Assembly (NCBI GenBank): GCA_016214565.1
Contig: JACROE010000002.1
Span: 212,584 to 276,583 of the forward strand
Reading direction: 5' to 3'
DNA from: Candidatus Kerfeldbacteria bacterium
GTDB taxonomy: Bacteria; Patescibacteriota; Patescibacteriia; UBA10025; JAHIVO01
Length of the DNA stretch: 64,000 nucleotides
Under the pieces are notes generated by a model. It was not told the DNA's origin, searched no databases, and saw only the letters and a program-made list of their open reading frames with translations. The translations under genes were made by a program, and so were the position numbers. Below are positions 21,201 through 30,900 of this stretch, one piece after another (the first letter of the stretch is position 1; each line of letters starts with the position of its first letter).

Positions 21201-24097
21201 GGCGGCGAAGGATTTACCGTATCGCGGATAGTGACATCACAATAATACCCATCAGTCGTGTTGTAATTGCACACCACGTCCGGTGTGGCAGGAGTATTCA
21301 GCGGTGTGCAATACTGCGCGGTATTGGACCAAACTGATGATGCGCTCTCACCAATCACACCAGTCGAATTTTTCGATTGCGCCCGAAAATCGTAACACGT
21401 CGCCGCGCTTAAACCAGTAAGCGTTATTCCAGTTGCTCCCCCCCAGGTCGTATCAGTCGCCCACTGGGCAGTACCAAATCGCGTACTACCGCCAGCCGAA
21501 GAAAAGTATTGCCAGCTTCCGCCCTGAAATATCTGCATCGCATACTGGGTACTACTCGGATTCAGCCAGGGCGAGGTGGTGGGCGCATTCTGTGGAGTCG
21601 TATTCAATGCTATCTGAAAAGAAGTACTGGTGTTATTGGCGCTCGCGGGATTGCTCGGGGCAGATGGAGTACGCGCTCGAGTATAAATGTCCACGTAATT
21701 GGTAATGTCCGGATCATTAACCGTATTATTTCTTGTGTTCTGTGAAAAAGTTCCTGCCGCGTAGTATGCATTCGGCTTCAAATACGCAAACGCAGAATAC
21801 TCCCCTGAGGCGTAAAATGGCGTTAGTAACGGGATATTTATCCACTGATTGAACGTGAGGCAGCGAGCCTGACCGCCCGAGGATCCATTAGCTACCCAAT
21901 CGCGAGTGCCGATCACGCCATCAGGAAAATTCGTATAAACGGTACTATTAGCCGAGGGTGGATCATCAACGTACCGGATATCGGCAGTTGGCGAATAATT
22001 CCAGCTGGGAGAAAAAGCAAATGTGATTAAGCCAATACAATACCTGGTCGGCTCCGGATCAGAGGCAAAATACGATCGCTGATTGGTATATTCATCACCG
22101 ACCCCCGCCGCCGGCCAAATTTTAATCGATGACCACGTTTCAGAGGTTACCGAGGGTGGATGGATAGCCTTCGCCGCATATGTATAGTCATCTTGTACAT
22201 TACTATAATTTGAAATATAACTGCCGGGTGCCTCCAAACGCTGTACCCGGGCGCGATACCAGACGTGCTTATCTGAGTACTGTGTCAGACTCGTGCTGGT
22301 CTGCAGATTGTCAGTGATGGTACAAATACCCGTCGTGCCGGCTTTTGAAGTGGTAGTACAATTATAGGTAACACCCGTGGTACAAGTGCCCGACCCCCCC
22401 GTCGTCAACGTAGTACAGATTTCGGTCCACGGTCCAGTCGATGAGGTCAGCGACCGCTCCAGACGAAAATTCGTCTCATCATCAAAATCATCATCAATGT
22501 CTATCTCCAGAGTTGAAATACTACTGTCGGATTGGGGATCAACCCGGCTGATTACCGGACGCGGGAAATAAACGATCTCCAGCCAGGCGTACGGCTGGGT
22601 AAGCGGCGTTGTCTGCACCTCAGTACCGGTCCGCACACCCCAATTTGGTCCATAAAATATCTCACTGGGAATATCCAGCTGAAATTGAGTAAGCGCTAAA
22701 GCACCCACCAAACCCAGCGAACTTAATTCGACATCAATAATACGCGTGCAGTTTGCTGGGGCGGCAACACAGTTCTGAGTGGCGCTCGTTGGCAGTCCGG
22801 TGGTGTTAATCAACCCCTCATTGGTCATACTGGAGGTCAGCGCCCAGAGTGCGGAAGGATTGCTTACTGATGTCCATTTGTCCGCACCAGAATAGACCGT
22901 GACGTTATTCCCCTCGGTAAATGTTTGCTCGCCAGCCACGCCGCCAGTGCGGTACATATTGAGATACAATCGTGCTCCCTGGACCTGCGCATCATCAAAG
23001 CCTGACCCACCCGGCTGGTTCGCATCGCCCGTGTAGAAACTTAGGATTTGACGATACTCCCAGCGGGTATCCGGGCATGAGCTACAGCTCTGGGGCGGGC
23101 CCTGCGCTCGAGTCCCCGTCAGCCAATATGCACCAGTGGGCGTGCCATTAAAAGTATAAGTATGGACAACCGGAGACGATGGGTACGCATATGAATCCTG
23201 AAGCTGGCCGTACAATCCAAATGCCTGTGTGCCAAAATACGAATTATCAATAACCAGTGGATACCGGGCATGCGCCAGCCAATCCTCGCCACTCGGGCTG
23301 ATCACTTTCGATATTTCATATACTCGCTCATCAATCTGCGTGATGCGATAAGCAATGTCATAACTGGCCCCCGGATCGGTTTCTGCTAATTCATACATGA
23401 CGGGGGCAGGAGAAATAAAGACCACGTGCTTGGTTGTCGTATCATGAAAAGTAATCGAACCATCCGGTTCTAATTTTGGATACAAGCCGGTTAATACCAA
23501 CTGCTGGGTCAAGGACGGCAGTGTCGCAGCAGTCGTGGCTGAGTCCACAATCAGCTCCTCAATGAGCTTCCCTTTCCCCACTGAATACCGCGCATCAATG
23601 CCAGGATATATATCAGCATAGGTGACCTGGTCCCCGATCGCAGTCCAGACGCTATCCTGAGCACCTCGATAGGTAGTCTCGATCCGCCGTTTGCCATCCG
23701 GACTCTGGTACACAATAAAATTACTACTGCTAACATCATTTTTAAAATACGCTTTCTGAATATTGGTAGTATTTTCAAATGCATACTCGGGTTGCGCCGC
23801 GGGCACCAGCGCGGTATCAATCGGTGCATACTCTCCGGGGTTAGGCGTCAGGTATTGCACTGGCTCCGGAGAAAACATAACCGATGCAGTGCCGTCTTCA
23901 TGAAGTACGGGGTCACTTTTATAACTCACATATTCGAAACCAGACTGATCAAATATCGATTCAGGATTGACGGCGCTATGCTGCTGATCCTTAACCAGTA
24001 TGTGATACCAGCCTAATAAACCGGCCAAGCCAATACTACCGACCAGTGCGGCAATAAATAATATTCGTATAGTGATGTAATGAGAACGGGACATCAT
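12293..24097 (-). CDS. Giant (3934 aa) surface protein/adhesin: N-terminal TM, FN3-like repeats, several beta-propellers, Cys-rich modules, C-terminal beta-helix-like region
   Basis: Uninterrupted ORF; FN3-like Y.V.A motifs, repeated PHIAW/PSLAID propeller blades, YVTN-like blades, CPR-type GWAWS..GWI motifs; ATGA overlap with the upstream gene. Confidence 0.85.
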   Translation of the reverse strand: MMSRSHYITIRILFIAALVGSIGLAGLLGWYHILVKDQQHSAVNPESIFDQSGFEYVSYKSDPVLHEDGTASVMFSPEPVQYLTPNPGEYAPIDTALVPAAQPEYAFENTTNIQKAYFKNDVSSSNFIVYQSPDGKRRIETTYRGAQDSVWTAIGDQVTYADIYPGIDARYSVGKGKLIEELIVDSATTAATLPSLTQQLVLTGLYPKLEPDGSITFHDTTTKHVVFISPAPVMYELAETDPGASYDIAYRITQIDERVYEISKVISPSGEDWLAHARYPLVIDNSYFGTQAFGLYGQLQDSYAYPSSPVVHTYTFNGTPTGAYWLTGTRAQGPPQSCSSCPDTRWEYRQILSFYTGDANQPGGSGFDDAQVQGARLYLNMYRTGGVAGEQTFTEGNNVTVYSGADKWTSVSNPSALWALTSSMTNEGLINTTGLPTSATQNCVAAPANCTRIIDVELSSLGLVGALALTQFQLDIPSEIFYGPNWGVRTGTEVQTTPLTQPYAWLEIVYFPRPVISRVDPQSDSSISTLEIDIDDDFDDETNFRLERSLTSSTGPWTEICTTLTTGGSGTCTTGVTYNCTTTSKAGTTGICTITDNLQTSTSLTQYSDKHVWYRARVQRLEAPGSYISNYSNVQDDYTYAAKAIHPPSVTSETWSSIKIWPAAGVGDEYTNQRSYFASDPEPTRYCIGLITFAFSPSWNYSPTADIRYVDDPPSANSTVYTNFPDGVIGTRDWVANGSSGGQARCLTFNQWINIPLLTPFYASGEYSAFAYLKPNAYYAAGTFSQNTRNNTVNDPDITNYVDIYTRARTPSAPSNPASANNTSTSFQIALNTTPQNAPTTSPWLNPSSTQYAMQIFQGGSWQYFSSAGGSTRFGTAQWATDTTWGGATGITLTGLSAATCYDFRAQSKNSTGVIGESASSVWSNTAQYCTPLNTPATPDVVCNYNTTDGYYCDVTIRDTVNPSPPYFYKVQRSYDGASAWTDVQGYIPGGALGTYNAQNWSQTFQNGQTVRFKNLSCTNATNTRLYFRVYASMTGNNASTTNSAASAVKDDTLPPCAPSAPVLCSILVCNPNKGHNYIKWDWTAPYTRDTEGLYQVDFQSSILYPNITPAGNDPWTQSNLSPNQQYTVTVRGCDNGNASNGNVERCGQWSGSGGPVRTYAAQPNVTVACNHVDGVDDDTDDYYCAVTITEQSPENPSDTTSYRVSYCTRPFADDCEGGTWTALPWETKRWIGSTVKTFNDNIINSWVACSLSHTYQYYKVEVRNSSSEVTPLLLFIPPSDTLPPCEITYQTPNHDSQTTNSLRWLWNAPVGGAPVVDYTGTYNQYCRSTPLAFNTAGTNYIHSSNDGNAGTSDANQRCTISVRARDSRGRLGRSNPLTGSIGAYTSIETVGSISFTDVQTNQISVMANSSGSTFNNLTTPNSGISFENNPSAPGGGGEAGFSNHTTQYITSNSVTDSGLSANRNYCYQARSANADRLVNGTGDINSFVPGAGVTCRYTLAAIPAAPILVRAESGTSANVTVRTTDGNPQGGAGIPETQYALCVTKYDSNGNVEYERYARTDGSIDMSGGNFQCASGDSSGIWATYSQWGSNNGIDVALDPSSKYDFAMKARNGDGPTIVASGCVAGNTCIETSFGPKATLFLVRNNIVGWAWSSNLGWISTNCLNLYNLTGFGFSCGTSEDWGVNTMFEETRDVNPVTGYAWSSSGRSIPEEQWSTVETVNTNKPAQTNSANSSDKNIVIDAFGRVHRVWAEAWPSAGNTKDIFYQRWNGREWVTAAGALGADNISQTSLDSMQPTLVFDENANPHIAWAEKVAGISDYYHIWYLRWNPEAQNGFGAWVAPTGTVYRPGTTNATNEKIDVSTNVITGNLDDLYPSIAIDALNQAHIAFKKSKVGGTYDVYYTEWGGADWVRPNGGPDFDDIANTTSTDHQPSLAVDPTTGYPYVVWGDAANQVLYRYWNGSAWSAEVAVNGATTGVKSPKIVLDRNVTPHIAWATTSGARYITWNGSAWAAADGTVPADTSATYNPGVGGNVSAIDLKVDRQRHPHVMGYESGNPQIIRYRNYDPAANSGAGAWITTSGAYGGGNNDANLEAARRTGFDIRGLAFDIDGEGDPYLLWSESDGLTPNDWNVHYRFWDAGYGEAGVGWITFNTNVCANNTQQACADSFDCKGATCVESAGTPPQTTDWAASWNDVKQPRPGFLHKFAYDSVTAGGPYYWITLGTDWSNSPANADHGVLKVRVSDMTTVGYVDLKAIGGLRPLDAAFDGTAVWVTAYGTNQVYRINPTTLAVEATINLVSCADAHDTDPQCNPEGIDYDPTSGDIYVINQEAGGGGAGGNWWGSISRIDPATNTEVHCDTGLPAGGAPRRCGRCSNSAYATEAACIAVAGTHWGTGRRPVDANIDVTTHSLWTGHVYETSIARLDLNTGTIQSIPLPSGYAFAYYDVVRVNASLYVPLTASSSHPRGQFGIGAVMIIDPVAGSIIDTIEFDHPQYPQGIAYDGRYLWMTAHTGLGNCNNDATILCSAQGSEGTCAIGGAVCDFDYQCSGAGNYCQRAACSSVGGGCSNSQARIFQYEASTMTLVNSYKVSSRDYVMGSQIMYRNNAIWTVTTSGLLSGGGNLVKVAQATSSGHGYGYCYDQAGSSGQRYGVCSDGIGACVADTDCLAGESCVFETCATQSDCPDYAPTGADEQCKAIATASFSGITREVTGWARIMSLKSEGEALGYDDWGWIRLGGTYDDGATRSGRYTLSGTEIDSQQFLGDPDVNPTDVSLYTLFGWGWQASLIPQTHNNSVWLPHVRVTASGRAASDQGDNYGSPSLVVDSIGDPHMAWSEYNSTNNSYQIYYARLKAGEWETANGTAYVPGTTDPQSSRLNVSNINGVDAFWPSLQLSGDRPYIVWQQGGTYDQNGEVFFSYYDDAGGNWTTPEKIDNGGMPDLALDAGSNPHVVYRFGNGNTAEVYYRWKSGGVWIDPDGGVDDIQVSNSLAGSIPEWFPKLTVTQSTPAIPHIVWVNGAQINYRTWNGVNWVTASGQTNTTNLQVNAGVDALDEIVTINGQDPDIALTSAGRPGIVWRDPQFVLYRTWNGTNWVTVSGSTAMTNILVNGVVTGETQRHAQMGGAPTLAIDADDQPHITWADDTEPPAVPDVRYRYWDQESNGGQGAWVTATGDYGIEGGMQNYDDPQLTAGVTADSSTSPSLALDRNANPHIAWNELHYSATACNPANGDADCGGEDPVCLEVSTAPGTYRCASSNVLYTKLSGGAILSGVGWIEFIPASALLGIPYIRTSFGDVYSGENVTLAPPPAGSSQYTATYLIQANGDIQGIPGNYASSQTGLPTSQLQEPGLNPLVTGAGLPFGEKVLSRLDIDSLITDVGGAKNRFGHDLNVLTAGDLANGSRLGTAPVLNGEVYYVNGNAVINSAMTITKGAGGTTGNGLIVIDGDLEINAAITYDNTALTDLSEMPSAAFIVRGNITVNSLVDTLAGVYVAIDRDPDDGVASGIISTGRKNPVAYTVAVSPDDTTVLSTGANTPTSTTASFGVNASGQAIRTFLRYQMPDVPAGAEIRRAYLRFDSTGLTSGGDFTGRIYLMDSNNVGGVNFTNTPNLPLFDSVVSNSVTYDTTAWNTVDSHDSPDITSLVKRFLNDEAYAPTNYIGLVLHEGQATTNQFKTFASQDHLSLAAPVLVIEYAPQRTIYTLADVAADPFDDDAAAWGTGGSWSSNSPCQSVGWYLNNPNRVYLRFAPQSGFTQVPDNAQIVESHLRVQGNDCNSSSAPFELRQGLLEADDMPVIGANPFEYAMTQDVSEVAEDVAAGAWGTGSVHWLTDSTSLIQSWIDRAGYTVGNHIGIRLRRGGNETFAALNETRPINPATSQLHIDYQTPLYVSGLFIASGYNFDRTYTKNLEGAEQIVYDGRVVANTPPGLADFTRALPLYQRVVP

Positions 24098-25554
24098 TGG
24101 GGTAGCGGATAACTAATCTCCAGATGGGGTTCAACGGTCGGAACATTCCCAATCACGTATGCTCCGGAAAATTTTCCATCAGTCACTGGAACAGCCGTGG
24201 TTGTCAATGCAATACTCAGCAGTAGGTGAACCCGAGCGCCAGCAATCACTGATTCGGAAAGCGGCACTGATGTTATACACGCCGCACTATCGGTCCGACA
24301 GATTGTGGTTGTTTTCGGATTGTCTGTCGGGAATGCCGCCAAGCTAATCCGGTCAAGCAATGTACCTCCAGTCGAAGCAAGTCGAGTAACTATACTAGGC
24401 AAGACTTGATCATATACACTCGCAATCGGTTGAATTGTCGCATCTGATAGAGGCGCCTCTTCACTGCTGACCTGACCGGATTGATGCAGCCCCAGTACCA
24501 GTCGGACAAGGGGTGCTCCCTCACCAGCAAACGTGTTGAGCGCATCACCAACATTAACGAATGAGAGTAAACTGACAAATGAAAGTGATGGTGCAGCACG
24601 CAGTAACCCATTGTCATCGGGTAACCGATAAGCACCAATTTTATATTTTTGTGCACGTGTATCTAATTGCGGCGCAGACGAATTAATGCGCCAAACTTGG
24701 CCAGTCACTGGCGTCGAGTACGGCGAACGATATTGATGTTCCAAAACAACTGGGCGGCTAACGAGCGATATCCATTCGGCTCCCGCCTCGCCCAGCGAAT
24801 ATTGAAGCGCGTCCTGCGCATAGGTAAGCCGCACATCGGTAGTCAATTCCCCTGACTGGAGATCAAGCTCCTCATCGGTCATAGGAATAAATAGCGTTGG
24901 TGAGATCGTAGAAAAAACAAGCTCGTGAGTATCGGCATCCTGCAACATGCCCTGTGCATCTCCCAGTCTACCCCAGGATAATCCATTCAGGGCTAATCGT
25001 GGCTGCCAGGACCATGTCTCAACGGTAGGATTATGAAATATTGTCTGTTCAATCAAAACATCATGGTCAAGGCGAAACTCAACATCAGTTTCTGGAGCGA
25101 CCCCCTGATAGCGCACGACTGCGTCACTCAGCTCCCAAGCGCCAGCTTGAGCCTGAGGATATTGGATAGTGAAAGATCGCCCTTCGGTAACCTCAACCGT
25201 CACTGATGGCACTCCTTGATCGATCCAAAAACGCGTAGAAAAAATATTAGCAGTATTCACAAAACCACCCTCTGATTCAATCCAGGACGAGTCAATAGGC
25301 ACTAGCGACCCTTCAGTTGTACGGTATTGCATAGCAAATGGATACACGGATCGTATAAATGTGCCTGAGGAACTCTCTTGATCAATATAATTCTTCCCGG
25401 CCTCCAGCATCGTGTGATCCAAAATAATAGCCTGGGATGACTGAGCATTATTCAATGCTCCATCATATAGCAAATAATACCAACCGATGAAGCCGAGTAA
25501 AAGCACAGCCAGAACTATCAGAAAAACGTAGTGTATTTTAGAAAATGAAATCAT
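24094..25554 (-). CDS. Membrane-anchored protein paralogous to the N-terminal ~500 aa of the giant adhesin
   Basis: N-terminal TM helix; MQYRTTEGSLVPIDSS vs VQYLTPNPGEYAPIDTA, VRYQGVAPETDVEF vs VTYADIYPGIDARY, PHLEISYP vs AWLEIVYFP. ATG 25554 is preferred over GTG 25566 because it makes an ATGA overlap. Confidence 0.75.
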   Translation of the reverse strand: MISFSKIHYVFLIVLAVLLLGFIGWYYLLYDGALNNAQSSQAIILDHTMLEAGKNYIDQESSSGTFIRSVYPFAMQYRTTEGSLVPIDSSWIESEGGFVNTANIFSTRFWIDQGVPSVTVEVTEGRSFTIQYPQAQAGAWELSDAVVRYQGVAPETDVEFRLDHDVLIEQTIFHNPTVETWSWQPRLALNGLSWGRLGDAQGMLQDADTHELVFSTISPTLFIPMTDEELDLQSGELTTDVRLTYAQDALQYSLGEAGAEWISLVSRPVVLEHQYRSPYSTPVTGQVWRINSSAPQLDTRAQKYKIGAYRLPDDNGLLRAAPSLSFVSLLSFVNVGDALNTFAGEGAPLVRLVLGLHQSGQVSSEEAPLSDATIQPIASVYDQVLPSIVTRLASTGGTLLDRISLAAFPTDNPKTTTICRTDSAACITSVPLSESVIAGARVHLLLSIALTTTAVPVTDGKFSGAYVIGNVPTVEPHLEISYPLPQ

Positions 25555-27926
25555 AATCCGCGACACGTTATCTGGCTAATTTTGCTATTACTATCCAGGG
25601 TAACACTGGCGACAAACTGACCATCAGGACAATCGGCAATACCGCCAGTTACGGGCACCGACGCGGTTAGACTTGACCAGGTATTACCGACCGTTTCAAT
25701 GTCTGCCCCTATCCGTAGGTCACCTGATGCGCAGGCACCACCCGCCAAATCACTACAGGCACCATTATTGGTACACGGTCGATTATAGTATACCGCTCCC
25801 CCCGCTTTACAATAACCATTTTTCAGGGTCAATGATCCGGAGATGCGCATATGTCCTGCCTGCGTCTGATTGATGACGCTGCATGTTTCTGCTGTCGGAC
25901 AATGCCAATCATACAGACACTGCCGGGTTGTCGTGATTGAACACGTGCCTGTGGTATGAGCAAATTGGACGACAGTACTGAGATCCGGATGGTCAGTCGT
26001 ACCGGTTATAAAAACTTTCGTCAGCTTTAGAGGGCGAGTGCCACCCGCATTACAATTTGCATCGCAGGCTGAGAGCGACCAGAGATTGGCTCCATCAAAA
26101 ACTAATGATGAATCCCAATAATTGGTCGAGAGTACCTCCCCAAATTCTTTCATCTCATCAGTTGCCACAGAAATCCGCAGCAGGCTCGCTTTGTTAATCC
26201 CACCCTGGGTACCCGCTAACCAGAGATACTGCCCATCGAATTCCATGGCCACTCGATAGGATGCTAATTCCTTTGGATACCCTGCCATAATCATACCATC
26301 GGACACGCGAACTTTTGAAATTGATTTCGGACCAGCGACGCTACTATTTGATATGACCCACATATAGATCCCATCAAAATACATTTTCCACGGATTAGCT
26401 ACGCCTGTTGCGTAGCGTGCCGTCACCGCGCCTGTGGCTGGATCTATTTTAATTAAATTATTCGGATTCAATCGGCATGATCCTGATACGCACGAAGCAT
26501 CAACCCGACACGAATCAAAAGTTGTCGGCGCGGTCGAGCCGCACAGCGCCGGAGTGATTACCCATATAGCATTATCGCCAAAAGTGATATCAGCCGGCTT
26601 CATAAAGAAGCCATCACTATTGAGGCGATTCAGGTTCGTGCCGGTGCCATGCGTCCCAATCGGATACGTTCCAATCACTTGGCAATTACGATCAACCTTA
26701 CTCACATCTCCACCCAGCCAATTAGCCGTCCAAATATATGGCTCGCCTGCTTCGGTAGCGATGGTCATCCGGGCTGGGTTGTCACCCCAGGTAGCGCCAT
26801 TCGGCCGACTTGAGTCAGAGGTGACACAGCGAGCGATCGTTTGCCCACTATGCGGATCAAACTTGAGTACAGAATTATCGCCCGTGCCGGTGCTTGTTAT
26901 CCAGAGATACTGCCCGTCATACTCCATAGCGCTGGGTGTGGCAGCGGCGCCCTGAACACGATAGCTGGCAATCCGCGCACCATCAGAGACACGAATCTTG
27001 AATACATTATTACCCGCGGCATCAGGCATAATATTACTGGCCCACACATACGCCCCATCAAATGCGAGACTGGGTTGATAGGCACCCTGGATAGCTCCAT
27101 CTGAAACAGAATAATAACCAATCCGCTTCGCCTGCACAAAAGGTATGCGCGAGGATTGGATATACGTCGCCACAAATCGATCGGCAATCAATTCGGCTCT
27201 GGCGCCCAAACGACCATTAAAATACCCTGCCCACCCGTCAGCGGTATTAGTTCCCGCTACCGCTGGTGCCGTAAGCGATTGAGTCGTCGCATATATACCA
27301 GTACCGCTGACGCTTTCACCGCGCACACCGACATTTGCCGAGCTTTCACCGCGGATCGCCCAACCCGTGGGCATATCAATAATGCCATAGATGCCGGCTT
27401 GACCAGTGGCTCCCGCGTCACCATAAATACCAACACTATCAACGCTATAGGCACGAACTGCCGATCCTGATGTCGGCGTATTTACATCTCCAATTTGCAC
27501 CGTCCCCTCATCAACCACTACCCGATACCCAGCGGCCGGAGTCAGAGTACCAATGCCCAGCCAATTTACTAATGCATCAACAAATAGCGTATCGGTATCA
27601 ACAGTCAGTTTATCAGCAAAGACCGACGGTGTGGCTAGGTGTATTCCAGTACCGCGCACATCAAGAGCGCGTAATGGATCAAAATTAAGCGACGTCTGTT
27701 CGTTCGGATTATAGCTCGGGTCAAGCAGCAGATCGCCAGCCTTCGCCTGATTTTCAGCACCCGTCGTCAGTGGTGCCGGGAATTCTTGTTGTGGCGGGGG
27801 AATCGACGGCTCGCGCCACTCAGCACCGACAGGCGTGCTCCACAACAAACCAAAGCTCAGCATTAAAATAACCACGCCCAAAAGGCTATACAACTGAGTT
27901 TGATTCTTTTTAAATAAATTACCCAT
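25551..27926 (-). CDS. Secreted tail-fibre-like beta-propeller adhesin (791 aa)
   Basis: Signal peptide; W.EP..PP...APL...Q.K.G motif, VDTDTLFVD..N..GIG, G.YG/WAGYF repeats, FDG.Y.W blades, C-terminal CPDGQF...CRGL. Confidence 0.75.
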   Translation of the reverse strand: MGNLFKKNQTQLYSLLGVVILMLSFGLLWSTPVGAEWREPSIPPPQQEFPAPLTTGAENQAKAGDLLLDPSYNPNEQTSLNFDPLRALDVRGTGIHLATPSVFADKLTVDTDTLFVDALVNWLGIGTLTPAAGYRVVVDEGTVQIGDVNTPTSGSAVRAYSVDSVGIYGDAGATGQAGIYGIIDMPTGWAIRGESSANVGVRGESVSGTGIYATTQSLTAPAVAGTNTADGWAGYFNGRLGARAELIADRFVATYIQSSRIPFVQAKRIGYYSVSDGAIQGAYQPSLAFDGAYVWASNIMPDAAGNNVFKIRVSDGARIASYRVQGAAATPSAMEYDGQYLWITSTGTGDNSVLKFDPHSGQTIARCVTSDSSRPNGATWGDNPARMTIATEAGEPYIWTANWLGGDVSKVDRNCQVIGTYPIGTHGTGTNLNRLNSDGFFMKPADITFGDNAIWVITPALCGSTAPTTFDSCRVDASCVSGSCRLNPNNLIKIDPATGAVTARYATGVANPWKMYFDGIYMWVISNSSVAGPKSISKVRVSDGMIMAGYPKELASYRVAMEFDGQYLWLAGTQGGINKASLLRISVATDEMKEFGEVLSTNYWDSSLVFDGANLWSLSACDANCNAGGTRPLKLTKVFITGTTDHPDLSTVVQFAHTTGTCSITTTRQCLYDWHCPTAETCSVINQTQAGHMRISGSLTLKNGYCKAGGAVYYNRPCTNNGACSDLAGGACASGDLRIGADIETVGNTWSSLTASVPVTGGIADCPDGQFVASVTLDSNSKISQITCRGL

Positions 27927-27934
27927 GATAATGA

Positions 27935-30900
27935 TTATAATGGACGACAGTGTAGCGAATTAGTCGTAATATCAAATCCTTTTGCAAATTGTCCGTCCTG
28001 ACACGAAGTGGAAAACCCGCGTACGTCATCGCTGCTACCGCCCCACACATTTGCGATCACTTGAAAATCATTCGTCACAATCAATTCTCTTCCGATTGAC
28101 GCCTGGCCTGACGAAAAAATACTCCCCGCTTGATTACGACCCGGGATGGTCGTCTGAAGATTAGCTAAACCCTCAAGGTCGGGATGAGAAAACCCCGTGC
28201 CTGAAAAAAACTGATGCAAATTATATCCATCACAATTATTTGTCGTTTGGTTCACCCAGATGCTGCTTCCGTCAAAGGTAAGACTATTCGGATTGCAGTA
28301 GTACCCATATTGAGTGCCATCAAGGTACTGGCTGGTACCGGCATTGATCCGATTCAGGTAGGCGGCATTCTCACGAACTGACTCATCAATATCAGAAGCG
28401 CTGGAACACTCCGGATCAGGACGCCCGCTGCAACCCGGCGATCCAGGGGCACCATCATAGTCACACAATCCATTCCCATCATTATCCACCCGATCAGCGC
28501 ACTCAATATCAGTGGTGGTGCCATAGTAATCACTACTATCGGTCTCATGGGCATCATCGACTGAGGCACATTTCGTATCTGCCGGGAGAGCGCCGCAACC
28601 CCGATCACATTGCCCGTTGCCATCATTATCGATACCATCCTCGCACTCACGTGTGTAGTTCGCCCGCTCCTGGACTGCCCAGATGTGCGTCCCGTCAAAA
28701 GTGAGGGCACTCACATTATTAGCCGTGGCACTACATGTCCCTCCGCCCGTACATTGGCTTGTCGCCGTGCAAAAAAGATTCGCCCGAGTCCCACCTGAAC
28801 AGCGACCTGGTATATTCATCGTCGGAATACGCGCCGCTACTGATCCATCACTGATGCGTACTTTATATACGCTGTTACCATCCGTATCTCGATTCCGCGC
28901 ACCAAACCAAAGGTAGGTACCATCAAATAATATTGAATATAAATTATCGTCCACGTTATACGCGGTAGAAATCGCATAGGTACTCAATATAGCGCCTGTC
29001 GTGCGGTCAATCTTTGAGTAACTATTGCGTCCTGCGCTAGTGGCAGTTTTCCGTGTCACCCAGATATATTCGCCATCGAAGGCAAGATATTTTGGCCCAT
29101 TAGCCACGGCAAAGGAACTCGCCGTGCAATTCGATCCACTACAGCTAATGGGGTCAATTCGTTTCAGGGTATTGGTACTATCATCACTGATCCAGAGGTA
29201 TTGCCCATCAAAGATCATATCATTACCATCTTCATTTGAGCTGGTAGTGTAATCATAATCACCGATCAGTACGCCATCGCTCGCGCGGATTTGCGCCAGC
29301 TCAGTATTTGATCCGCCGGCGCTGCCATGCGTTACCCAGATTGACTGTCCATCAAACGCTAAGTATGACGGATAGTAGCCGCTGAAGTAATCGCCGACCT
29401 TCTGTCCGTCGCTGGCACGGTACTTACTAATAGTATTCCCGGCGTTATTTGATGACCAAAGATAAGTGCCGTCATACAGGGTATCCTGAGAAAATGAACC
29501 CTTGGGGATGTAGGTGATCGTCGTATACGGCGCATCAATCATATTGCGACTGATTGAGCTGGCTACCCCGTGGCTGCCCCAAACATAATCAACCGGTCCT
29601 GATTCGCGATCAAAATCAAAGTCTGCCATTCCATCGGGGACTTCGTAGCTATGGACGATCGTTCCGGTGGTATTTATTTTGAAAAAATCATAATAATTAT
29701 GCGCCCATACATACGGACCGCCCGATGATGTATCGTCATATTCTACCTTTTCAAGATTAGTAGTCACTGACGCGTAATTGGTGAATGTCTCAGTGGTCGG
29801 ATTAAAACTCGCCAATCCTTCATTGCCCTGATACTTGCTGTAATGAGATGACTTCCCTATCCATACTTTCCCGTCGCCCCAAGCCAATGCGTGCGGTTCG
29901 CTGGCCGGACCAGGACAATATACTTTTTGTAGCGCGGTATTAGTCGGGTCAGCTGCAGAGAATTTAGCAATTCCTTCACCACGGTAGAGTAACGTGGGTG
30001 TCATCGAATCTAGTCCGTCAAATGCTACCCAAATAGTGGGGCTGGATGGGTCGGTAGTATTTGGCTGAAGCGTGATACCGTGGATAGCATTGACCGACGC
30101 CATAACCAGCCGCTCATCACCAGCCGGATAGGCACCCGTAGGACTGGTGCCGGGTGCCTGGGTTTGATTGATACATTCTGTATCGCCAGGTGTCCACGTG
30201 CCACCATTAGCCTGACAGGTTGCTTGAGTCGTGTAGCTCGCGTTGCTGCAGATCCCGCTATCAATATTCCCATCCCCATCATTATCGAGCCGATCGGAGC
30301 AACGTTTCGGATCATAAGAAAGACACTGATCACCTGTGTTCGGTGCCAGTTTGAAATTGGTATAAGTCTGATCCGCAATGCGAAAACGGGAAATTGAATA
30401 ATCGCGGCTCAAACCCGCATCATTGATAGTCCATATATATGGTCCACCAATGGTGTATGGATCATAAATCAGATCAGTTGGACCGTCATCAGAGGCCGAC
30501 GCATGCGCGCCCACGGCATAATGGGTGGCTGTATGTGTCGGATCATTAGGATCAACGCGAGATATGCCGAGAGCGTCATCCCAATTATTGGCTACCCAGA
30601 TATACCCGCCGCCGAGTATCATCTCACTGGTACCATGAGCTTGTGTGCCGCTGCTGTTCTCTAGTATAAATTCTTCGCTAATAGCGCCGTTCGAAGGATC
30701 AAGCAGAAGAAAATAGGGTGAGTTGTCCCACGATTCACCAATTAATTGCCAAATCCAGGTTCCGTCAAAGAGCATAACAGACGGATCGACAATTTTGCTC
30801 GAAGCGAGATCTCGCAATTCTTGCCCAGCCGTATACGGAAATTGAGAATTCTGTAATCGATTTGGCATAAATCCGCGAGCATAGCTCTCCTGTGAACTAT

